Shown piece after piece: positions 56,221-64,000 of a DNA stretch of 64,000 nucleotides. A program made the position numbers and the translations under genes. Source of the stretch: Bdellovibrionota bacterium (GTDB taxonomy: Bacteria > Bdellovibrionota > Bacteriovoracia > Bacteriovoracales > Bacteriovoracaceae); NCBI GenBank assembly GCA_040387275.1, contig JAZKDZ010000002.1, forward strand, positions 390,480 through 454,479, written 5' to 3'. Under the pieces are notes generated by a model. It had not been told where the DNA came from. It saw nothing but the letters and a program-made list of their open reading frames with translations, and searched no databases. Positions within the stretch are counted from its first letter, which is position 1. Each line of letters starts with the position of its first letter.

Positions 56221-56245
56221 AAGGCCTCCAGTGGAGGCCTTGATT
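56221..56245 (-). terminator. Rho-independent terminator of the PilZ gene whose stem contains the GGAGG RBS of the next gene
   Basis: The minus strand reads GGCCTCCA-CT-GGAGGCC-TTTTTTGTT-ATG: perfect 8-bp stem, T-tail, then ATG at 56213. Confidence 0.7.
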
Positions 56246-56268
56246 GTAACAAAATTATTCAGGTAGGT

Positions 56269-56730
56269 TTAGAAGAAAAGGACTTTCTGTTCACCCTTAT
56301 CGACGCACGAGTACTCAGCGTACTGGTACATGAATTCTGTGAACGAAGCGAGGGCCTTATAGCTTGGAAGTGTCGTGTCGAAAACGCCACCCAGCTGCAG
56401 CCATGCGTTGCCATCACGATCGATATATTCAGAAGCGTGACGGATAGTCACAACTGCCGGGAGATATGTGCCCTTCGTGAAGAAGAGTTTCAATGTGATT
56501 TCTTTGCCTGAGACGAACTGGTTTTTCGCCTTAAGTGTAAATGGAAGCTGGAGCTTACAACCATCTTTGGAGATATCAATGAACTTGATCGGAAAGCCTG
56601 AGCCCTGATCGTCCACTACTGTTTCAACACCAAGAAAGTCCTGAAAAACTACGCGTTCAAAAGTTCTGCGCTTCTGCTCGATGCTCTTCTTTCTTACTTC
56701 ATTAAAATCGACGACTTTTTTGTCAGACAT
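56269..56730 (-). CDS. Stand-alone PilZ-domain protein
   Basis: GGAG RBS. RxxxR (KRRTFERV) and DxSxxG (DISKDGC) motifs. Confidence 0.55.
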   Translation of the reverse strand: MSDKKVVDFNEVRKKSIEQKRRTFERVVFQDFLGVETVVDDQGSGFPIKFIDISKDGCKLQLPFTLKAKNQFVSGKEITLKLFFTKGTYLPAVVTIRHASEYIDRDGNAWLQLGGVFDTTLPSYKALASFTEFMYQYAEYSCVDKGEQKVLFF

Positions 56731-56798
56731 GTGATTCTCCTTATCCCCAAACTTATCGGAGGAAGGATTGAATCCCTGAGACTTCTGTAGAGGTTTTT

Positions 56799-57572
56799 TT
56801 AGAGGATAACTTTTTCCAGGGGTCCAAGTGTTTCCGGGTACATCAGCTCTTTTGCCAGACGTTCGAAATGGTCTGTGACGTCCGTAATACACACGCGAAT
56901 CTGTCGGGTACCAGTGGATTGCGTAAGATTCAGCGCCTTGAGTTCCCTTGTCAGCACTTCCCCGCTTTCCACGAGGTTCACATTCCCCAGAAATTTCCGG
57001 ATATCGGCCGCCAGAACCGGATAGTGTGTACAACCCAGAATCACAGTCCCAATTTTGTCCGCTTTGACCTGCGAGAGGTAGCGCTTGATCACGAGATCGG
57101 TGATCTCATTTCCGACCACACCTTCTTCCACTAAAGGCACGAACAAAGGACATGCTATTTCTGTCACATTCGTTTTTGGATTCATTCCCTTGATTGTTTG
57201 AGCGTAAGCTCCTGAACGGATCGTGGCACTGGTTCCCAGAACGGCAATTTGAGATGTGCCCTTTTCAAGTGCGGCCTTAGATCCTGGCTCAATCACATTG
57301 AGAAGTGGGATGCCTTCAAAGGATTTCTCCCCAAGATAAACTGTGGAAGCTGAGTTACACGCGATGACCATCGCCTTCACGTCCTGATCTTTCAGGAAGC
57401 GAAGAATCTGATCGCCGTATTTGCGGATAGTTTCGGGAGATTTATTGCCGTAAGGAAGACGAGCGATGTCGCCCAGATAAACGAAAGACTCGTGTGGAAA
57501 GTTCTTCGCCAGCTCTTTAAGAACCGTGAGACCTCCGAGACCGGAATCGAAAATACCAATGGGCTTACTCAT
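56799..57572 (-). CDS. murI: Glutamate racemase
   Basis: IGIFDSGLGGLTVL, ...ACNSAST... and ...GCTHYP... are MurI signatures. Confidence 0.85.
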   Translation of the reverse strand: MSKPIGIFDSGLGGLTVLKELAKNFPHESFVYLGDIARLPYGNKSPETIRKYGDQILRFLKDQDVKAMVIACNSASTVYLGEKSFEGIPLLNVIEPGSKAALEKGTSQIAVLGTSATIRSGAYAQTIKGMNPKTNVTEIACPLFVPLVEEGVVGNEITDLVIKRYLSQVKADKIGTVILGCTHYPVLAADIRKFLGNVNLVESGEVLTRELKALNLTQSTGTRQIRVCITDVTDHFERLAKELMYPETLGPLEKVIL

Positions 57573-57640
57573 AAAGATATTTTTTCACTTTCGGATTCCC
57601 TTGGGAAGTTGAATCTGAAAACGTTCTCCGCTTAAATCCC

Positions 57641-58255
57641 ATGCAGTATATATGCCGGATTCAAGAAGGCGGCAAATGGGGTGGACTTCGGGAAAACGCT
57701 GGTCGGAGACGCAGGAAATCAAAAGGTGTGGCCCATCGAATGCGCGAAGTAGTGAAACGTCATCCTCTTCATGTGAATTTCAAGTACCGCCTGAACGTAA
57801 GAAATAAAGAGACGCTGAAACTCCTCAAGCGATCAATTCAGAATGCCCGCGGTCACGGTCTTCGGATTCTTCACTACTCATTTCAGAGCAATCACATTCA
57901 TCTGATTATTGAAGCTGATTCCAACAGGATTCTCACAAAAGGCATGCGCTCTCTCACCATCACATTTGCAAAAGGGCTGCAGAAAGGGCGTGTGCAAATG
58001 GAGAGATATCATCTGCATGTCCTGAAGACTCTACGGGAAGCAAAAAACGCCGTTCATTATGTTCTCTTTAATCAGCAAAAACATGAAAGAGGCACATATA
58101 GCGTGATCAACGAATATTCGTCAGTCCTGTCGCTGAAAAATGGACTGGAGCTCATTAGAAATTTTGCAAAAGAAAAGAAAATCACCATTACGATTCAGAA
58201 TGGTGGGCCCTGGATTCCGGATCAATCAATGTTTTCGGGAAAACATGTCTCTTAA
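57641..58255 (+). mobile_element. tnpA: IS200/IS605-family (HuH Y1) transposase-like gene, RAYT-like, apparently solo
   Basis: HuH motif SNHIHLIIE and a downstream catalytic Tyr region (AVHYVLFNQQKH). The basic N-terminal extension gives 204 aa. No flanking IS ends are evident; the 3' end overlaps a convergent gene. Confidence 0.55.
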
Positions 58256-59311
58256 CTTCCCTACTCTTTCCAGATTTCTCATGAGTTCAGGAGATAATAA
58301 TCCTGACTGAGTGAGAATTCTGTCGGAGAGAAGTTCTCTGAGAAAATCTTTTTCCCAAAGCGGAGAATAGGTCGTTTTAGAATCTTTGATTGCTGTCTTC
58401 ATCGCGTCTTTGGCACTTTGAGGGACGATCTCCGGAAACTCTTCGCGAGCCTTTAAACTTTTCACCACAGTCGGATGAATCAGGGATTCAGCAAGCTTTT
58501 TCCCGGCCTCTTTGTGTTCAGGAATGGAGTAATCGAGAGCTTTGAGAATCACTTTCGTTTCGACATCGGGAACCTTCACTCTCATACGGCGAAGACCTTT
58601 GATCTCCGCGTACATTTCCAGGAGTTCTCCGTAAGAAACAACATCGGGTCCACCGATCTCAAAAACTTCATGGCCCTTACTTTCGCGCGAAATGGTGGAC
58701 GTAAGATATTTCATGAGATCAGAAAGAGAAAGCGGCTGGCATGGTTGATTGAGAAGCTTCATCTCAGGAATGAACGGAAGACGCTCGACGATTGCTTTGA
58801 TCATTTCAAATGAAAGAGAACCTTCGCCGAGAACAATGCTTGCGCGGAACTCAAGCATCGAAAGTCCCGAGCTTCCGAGAATAGCACCAGTTAAATGACG
58901 ACTCCTGAGATGTGGAGAAAGACTCAGGTCTTCTTCACCCAGACCACCGAGATAAGTGATCGCCGCCCCCGTAGGACGGATCCAGTTAATGAAATTCACG
59001 GCGAGCATCGACTCGTTATACTCAAAGGCTTTTTTATCAGTCTTCAATCCATGCACGAGGAAAAATGCGCGATCAATGTCACGGAGTTTGGGAAGTGATG
59101 ATGGTTTTAACAGATCACCCGTGAGTTGAGTAACACCCGACGGAGCCACTGAACCTTCGCGTACGAGAGCAAAAACTTCGTGACCGTCTTTGAGCAATTG
59201 TTCAATCAGGTTTTTCCCGACGAAACCATTAGCACCGGTAACAAGTATTTTTAAACCAGAGTTTGCGGCTGGGGTGCTGCTGCTTCCGGTTTGCTTTTTA
59301 TGACGTGCCAT
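58226..59311 (-). CDS. NAD(P)H-binding atypical SDR/NmrA-like protein
   Basis: ILVTGANGFVGKNLIEQL Rossmann motif. It is a paralog of the upstream gene. Confidence 0.5.
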   Translation of the reverse strand: MARHKKQTGSSSTPAANSGLKILVTGANGFVGKNLIEQLLKDGHEVFALVREGSVAPSGVTQLTGDLLKPSSLPKLRDIDRAFFLVHGLKTDKKAFEYNESMLAVNFINWIRPTGAAITYLGGLGEEDLSLSPHLRSRHLTGAILGSSGLSMLEFRASIVLGEGSLSFEMIKAIVERLPFIPEMKLLNQPCQPLSLSDLMKYLTSTISRESKGHEVFEIGGPDVVSYGELLEMYAEIKGLRRMRVKVPDVETKVILKALDYSIPEHKEAGKKLAESLIHPTVVKSLKAREEFPEIVPQSAKDAMKTAIKDSKTTYSPLWEKDFLRELLSDRILTQSGLLSPELMRNLERVGKLRDMFSRKH

Positions 59312-60664
59312 TTGAGATGTTCTCCAAAGGCCTTCATCACGATTAAGTGAACGACGGCCTGACTGTATTTATATAACCACCACGGAAGGCTTGGTCTGAA
59401 TTCGTGAAGGGCCGCCATCACATAACGACGGTTGAGTACTTCGCGAAACTCAAGTCTTCCTCTATCCTGCTTGCCGGATAGTATGCCTCCGACAACGTAA
59501 AGTAACTGACGATCAGGTGAACTTCTTTCCACACTTCTCCGGAGGATCAGAATCTGAATTTCCGGATGAATAAGATAAAAAATACAAAGGTCCCCTTCAA
59601 TTTTCACCTTAATGAGTGTGGAGAAAAATTGCGGGAGCCAGTTGAAATATTCTAAGGCTACCCAGTTGGCATTCCGTCCTGGTGGTAAAACCAGACGCTG
59701 AATCGAGCGCACATCACGCTGTACCGGATTGTAAGCAGTGTATGCATGAGGAGTCATTTTAAGAAATGCATCCTTTAAAGTTATGTCGAGGCCTTTCGTC
59801 AGATCTTCCGGAAAGGGCCACTGCCGTGAAGAATCAGCAATCATTTCATGACGAAGACTTAACACAAGAGGATAAACGAGATTCTTTGGCACACCTGTGA
59901 CAAGTGACACCCAGAATCTCGAGAGAAAGAGTGGGATAATATTCAGAGTAATGATCGTGCGTGCTTTCTTCGCATGCGCCGCCGCTTTCTGCATGAGTCC
60001 CTGGTAAGTCACGATTTCCGGGCCACCAATATCATAAATTCCACTCACCACTTTCGGTTCAAATAAACTGCGCTCTAAAACTTTGAGCATGTCGGAAAGG
60101 GCGACCGGTTGCGAACGTGTGTTCGTCCACGCAGGACAAATCATCACCGGAAGTCTTTCGATCAATCGCTGGAGAATCGTAAATGATGAGCCGTGAGATC
60201 CGATAATGAGTCCCGCACGTAAAGCCGTTGTCGGAATACCAGACTCACGAAGAGTCGTCTCAACTTCGAGACGACTTCTCAAATGCCAGGAAAGTTCTGT
60301 GAACGGAGGAATCATTCCTCCGAGATAAATGATGTGCTTGAGTTTAAACTGCTGGGCCGCGCGGACAAAGTTATCCGCCATGATGAGATCGAAATCGTAA
60401 AATGTTCCCTGAGAAAGCGATGCCGAAGGAAGCATGGAATGAACAAGATAGTAAGCCGCTTCACACCCTTCCATCGCGAGCTGAATATCTTTTAATGAAA
60501 AGAGATCACACTGCTTCCACGTGAGTCTGGGATTGGTTGACGGGCGTGATTTGCGCGAGAGAGCAACGATCTCCACATCCTCGTGAGCGAGGAGTTTTTC
60601 GATTAACGCATGACCTATGAAACCACTGGCACCGGCAATAAGGATTTTTTTCATGGAATCCCTG
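59251..60664 (-). CDS. NAD(P)H-binding domain protein with C-terminal DUF2867-like domain
   Basis: The MKKILIAGASGFIGHALIEKL Rossmann motif is followed by a ~230-aa C-terminal domain. The start is set at the internal Met 60664. Confidence 0.5.
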
Positions 60665-60697
60665 TGAATGTTCCGCCCAGTGTAGCATAATGACTTT

Positions 60698-61468
60698 ATG
60701 ATCTTCATGCGAATTCTGCCTGGTGTATTGAAAGAGCTCATGAAACACGTTCCCACCGTGCTTTTCCAGACGGTGGAATGGTCTGAAATCGTGTCGGAAA
60801 TTCCTGTCATATCGCGCCGGATGATCAATAAGGAAGGTTACGCGGAACTCGCTGACCTCCAGAAAGAATACCTGAAAGACCTTCCCCTTTGCGTGCGCCA
60901 TGAACTGGTTAATGGTCCAGGCCTTCGACCTGGAGATGGTGCAACCATTCTCTCACTTTATTTTCGTCAGCTCTTTTCTCAGCACGGTGTTTTTCTCGAT
61001 CTTCGCTCCCTTCATTTCAATCACGAAAGCGATACGCTTCTGTGGAATCCGGGAACACTCTGGACAAAATTTTCGCCTGAATTCCGTGAAGGACTCGTGG
61101 AAGTTTATGACGGATTTTATCTCGGGAAAGATGATCTCTACAAAAACGGACTCGTAAAAATCGGACTGCTCGATCCTTCATGGCCCGCGGAAGATCAGAA
61201 AACGATCATGGATATTTTCCGGAAACATTTCGGGTCAGCTCAGACTGAGAACGTGGAATTTAAACTCGATCATTTGAGAGCTGGCATCATTGCGATGGCG
61301 CAGTTTCTTCTCGGGAAGAAAGCGCGGATCAAAAAAGATTTTCTCTATCTGGGAATTTATCTCGTCACGATGTACGGGACACTCGAAGAAACTGGCGAAT
61401 CACTTCCGGTAAAAGAAATCTACTTATCCAGCCGAGTCCACACAGGTCTTACTTCCGTAAAATCATGA
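60698..61468 (+). CDS. Hypothetical protein
   Basis: A 256-aa ORF divergent from the DUF2867 gene, with no recognisable motifs. Confidence 0.35.
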   Translation: MIFMRILPGVLKELMKHVPTVLFQTVEWSEIVSEIPVISRRMINKEGYAELADLQKEYLKDLPLCVRHELVNGPGLRPGDGATILSLYFRQLFSQHGVFLDLRSLHFNHESDTLLWNPGTLWTKFSPEFREGLVEVYDGFYLGKDDLYKNGLVKIGLLDPSWPAEDQKTIMDIFRKHFGSAQTENVEFKLDHLRAGIIAMAQFLLGKKARIKKDFLYLGIYLVTMYGTLEETGESLPVKEIYLSSRVHTGLTSVKS

Positions 61469-62073
61469 ATCACGTTTTCAGCTAAATCCTGAATCTCCCA
61501 GGCCTCATGAGAAGTGGCCATTCCCACAACCATGCATCCTGCTTCTTTTGCGGATTCCAGTCCTGCCCGTGAATCTTCGAACACAAGGCAATCACGGGGT
61601 TCGATCTCGAGCTTGTCACAAACCGTTCTGTAGATTTCAGGATCAGGCTTTCCGTTATCAACCATACTTCCGTCAACCACGACGTCAAAAACCGGGCGCA
61701 ATTGGAGATTATCCAGAACCCAGTCGACGTTTTCCGTTGGAGCAGAAGTAGCCAAAGCTATCGGAAGGCGCATTCTTTTGAGGTTCGCTAAGAAGTCTAA
61801 GAGACCTGTGTGAACAGCGAGTTCATCGTAATAAAGCTCGCGGTAAAGCGTCTCTTTTTCCTCGCTGTAGGTCTCGATTTCCTCGTCGGTTGGCTCATCA
61901 AAGATCATCTGGAAAATGTCACGGTTGGTCTTCCCGTTGAACTGTTCCTTATAGATCTCCTCATCGAGTTCGAAACTATAGCGTTCCGCAAACTCCATCC
62001 ACGCCTTGAAGTGATATTCGTGGTTATTCACAACCACACCGTCCATATCGAAGATAACTGCTTTAATTGTCAT
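61420..62073 (-). CDS. HAD-superfamily hydrolase (subfamily IA, beta-phosphoglucomutase-like)
   Basis: Motif I IKAVIFDMDGVVV; motif II/III ...ATSAPTE...K...; motif IV ...VFEDSRAGLESAKEAG. Confidence 0.7.
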   Translation of the reverse strand: MTIKAVIFDMDGVVVNNHEYHFKAWMEFAERYSFELDEEIYKEQFNGKTNRDIFQMIFDEPTDEEIETYSEEKETLYRELYYDELAVHTGLLDFLANLKRMRLPIALATSAPTENVDWVLDNLQLRPVFDVVVDGSMVDNGKPDPEIYRTVCDKLEIEPRDCLVFEDSRAGLESAKEAGCMVVGMATSHEAWEIQDLAENVIHDFTEVRPVWTRLDK

Positions 62074-62151
62074 AGGTGTCCAATAATAACACACAGGGGA
62101 GTTTTTTCTCAAGTTATTGACCCTACTAGGGGCCCGGGGTACCGTCGATTT

Positions 62152-63135
62152 ATGAACTTTTTGTTGATCTGCCTCTTAAGTTTGTCGGCCTTCGCGATTC
62201 CTGAAAGGAATTACGATTCCGTATGGAAGACCCAGGTTCTCGCCCCTTTAGATTCTGTTCCCGCAAAAGTTTTTACAAATAAACAGGGAAAAAAAGTCGC
62301 CTATCGCATCTACATCCGTGGCGCAGGACTTCCGAACATTGTGGTCTCTCCCGGTCGCACAGAACCGATGAAAAAATACTTCGAACTCGTGCATGATCTT
62401 CCGAATGCAAACTTCTACATGATCGATCACCAGGGTCAGGGCGAATCCGATCGCTCACTCGAAAGCCGCGACAAAGGTTACGTTCGTCGTTTTGAAGATT
62501 ACGTTTCTGACTTCACTCACTTCATGGAAAACATCGTTCTTCCTGAAACAAAAGATGAACCCCTTTATCTCATCGCTCACTCTATGGGTGGCGCAATTTC
62601 TACTCGCTTCATGGAAACGCATCCGGAAGCTTTTGATAAAGTCGCGTTCTCAGCTCCGATGTATGACATCTTCACGAAGCCTTATCCAAAAGCCGTTGCT
62701 CAATCCATCTCTGCTTTCTTAGTGGCCACTGGTCAGGGAGCAAAATACGCTCCAGGCAGAAAGCCATACAATCCAGCTGAAGACACACTCGAAGCAAGTG
62801 AGTTCAGTCACTCACTTGATCGCATTGAAATGAACAAGTTTCTTTTCATTGATCATGATCTCGTTGTCGGTGGACCAACTGTTCGTTGGGTACATGAAGC
62901 GTTCCGAGGAACAAAAAACATTCATCTTGTCGGAAAAAAACTCAAGATGCCGATCCTCCTCATGCAGGCGACAGAAGACACAACTGTGAAGCCGGAAAAG
63001 CATATTCAGTTCTGTAAGCTCGCTGTGAATTGCAGAATTGTTCGCATGGAAGGAGCCTTCCACGAGATCCTTCAGGAGAAAGACTCCATCCGGAACCATG
63101 CTCTGGGGCTAATTCGAAATCACTTAGGACTTTGA
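62152..63135 (+). CDS. Secreted alpha/beta hydrolase (lysophospholipase L2 / monoglyceride lipase-like)
   Basis: Signal peptide MNFLLICLLSLSAFA. GxSxG nucleophile elbow LIAHSMGGAIS, plus D and H (GAFHEI) of the triad. Confidence 0.7.
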   Translation: MNFLLICLLSLSAFAIPERNYDSVWKTQVLAPLDSVPAKVFTNKQGKKVAYRIYIRGAGLPNIVVSPGRTEPMKKYFELVHDLPNANFYMIDHQGQGESDRSLESRDKGYVRRFEDYVSDFTHFMENIVLPETKDEPLYLIAHSMGGAISTRFMETHPEAFDKVAFSAPMYDIFTKPYPKAVAQSISAFLVATGQGAKYAPGRKPYNPAEDTLEASEFSHSLDRIEMNKFLFIDHDLVVGGPTVRWVHEAFRGTKNIHLVGKKLKMPILLMQATEDTTVKPEKHIQFCKLAVNCRIVRMEGAFHEILQEKDSIRNHALGLIRNHLGL

Positions 63136-63926
63136 AGTTCCTCAATTCTCGCCTGATTCTCAGGTGAAAGAATATTTTTCCTAATCCCATTTTCAAGCGT
63201 CACATTCAGAATTCCATTCATCTTATTGGTAATCGCTTTATCATAAGTTTTCGAAATTCTGTTTTCCATCATATTAAGAAAGACTGCTTCTGAAAGTTCG
63301 ACTGGTGAAAAGATTAGAAGTGGAGAAAACCGAAAAATCAGTTGCGGTTGTGTCTGTAAAAGATTGTTCATGTATTTTGCCGATTCAAATAATTCCAAAG
63401 CGTAATCTATTGAAGCCGTCTTAGAATTCGATCGATTTTTCCGACTGAAGATATCTGTGGCCATTACAGCTGTGCCAAGGATGTGTCCCGTTGTAGTCAT
63501 TGTGACAATTTCATAATGCTTTTTATATTCATCCAAAAAAACTAGCTTTTCTTTCTCGATCCTCTCTTTGATACTGAATGCCCAGCCTGCTTCCGAAGAA
63601 ACAGAATTAAAATAATGTATGGTTGGTGGATTGATAACACGTGAAATGTGAAGAAGATGTGGATAATTATGAGTGAAGTAAAAGAATCCCAGCTGAAATG
63701 GAATCAAAGTCAAAAGTCCAAGTATCATTCCCCAATTTCGTCTGAAAGCTTTTGGCATATGTGAGAAATTTTCAAGATTCTTAAAACAGCGATTAAGTAA
63801 AAACAAGTTTGTTAAAGGAAAGAAAGCTAAACATGAAATTGAAAGCAAACTGACATTGCAAGAATCATTATAGATGAAAGCAAGTCTATCTGTATAAAGT
63901 CGACTGATTCGAAACAGAAAAATCAA
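63120..63926 (-). CDS. Membrane hypothetical protein in AT-rich segment
   Basis: A 268-aa ORF with several hydrophobic segments. The local base composition is visibly more AT-rich than the rest of the window. Confidence 0.3.
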   Translation of the reverse strand: MIFLFRISRLYTDRLAFIYNDSCNVSLLSISCLAFFPLTNLFLLNRCFKNLENFSHMPKAFRRNWGMILGLLTLIPFQLGFFYFTHNYPHLLHISRVINPPTIHYFNSVSSEAGWAFSIKERIEKEKLVFLDEYKKHYEIVTMTTTGHILGTAVMATDIFSRKNRSNSKTASIDYALELFESAKYMNNLLQTQPQLIFRFSPLLIFSPVELSEAVFLNMMENRISKTYDKAITNKMNGILNVTLENGIRKNILSPENQARIEELQSPK

Positions 63927-64000
63927 TGGAACAAATTGTAATATATAAGGAACTACGGCTTCTTCACCCAGGAAGTTTTTCTCTGAATAGAAAAAATTAA

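Noticed and set aside
1-64000. CRISPR arrays, rRNA and tRNA genes
   Set aside because: No direct-repeat or spacer periodicity was seen, and no cloverleaf-like or rRNA-like stretches. Intergenic regions are short and mostly occupied by terminators or promoters.

Overview
The window is a chromosomal segment from a Gram-negative bacterium with moderate GC content. About 70 genes are tightly packed, and many products carry signal peptides or lipoprotein boxes. Two PilZ-domain proteins are present. The alpha-2-macroglobulin/PBP1C pair and the abundance of secreted proteases loosely suggest a Bdellovibrio-like or other deltaproteobacterial lineage; this is inference only.

Core metabolism and envelope genes I recognise are NADP-isocitrate dehydrogenase, RecJ, glutamate racemase MurI, cyclophilin, cardiolipin synthase, polyphosphate kinase 1 with SixA, a Ppx/GppA phosphatase, arginase, a PaaI thioesterase, a Cys/Met-metabolism PLP enzyme and an OmpR-type two-component regulator. 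Accessory and stress content includes two BON-domain proteins, a DUF2383 protein, a YqjD/YqjE-like membrane protein cluster, a flotillin, an OmpA-family protein and several lipoproteins of unknown function.

The loci most worth attention are:
- a four-gene, translationally coupled operon of a DUF4383 membrane protein, an FAD-dependent oxidoreductase fused to a Rieske [2Fe-2S] domain, EgtB and EgtD, which looks like an ergothioneine module with an unexplained redox partner;
- an olsB-olsA-arginase operon that would couple ornithine-lipid synthesis to ornithine supply;
- a three-gene operon of a secreted protein, an outer-membrane beta-barrel and a PAP2 phosphatase, a candidate envelope or lipid A remodelling unit;
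- a flotillin carrying three to four internal tandem repeats of about 75 residues;
- ppk1-sixA with conserved palindromes at both ends of the operon;
- a secreted protein with a Q/N-rich and Met/Gly-rich low-complexity tail;
- the known alpha-2-macroglobulin (CTEQ thioester motif) and PbpC pair;
- a solo IS200-like Y1 transposase gene beside tandem paralogous NAD-binding genes;
- an AT-rich segment at the 3' edge of the window.

Several clean Rho-independent terminators are visible, along with a perfect 25-bp palindrome over a start codon and a hairpin that sequesters a ribosome-binding site. I found no rRNA, tRNA or CRISPR array. All calls come from reading the six-frame translations and the nucleotide sequence; no database search was run.
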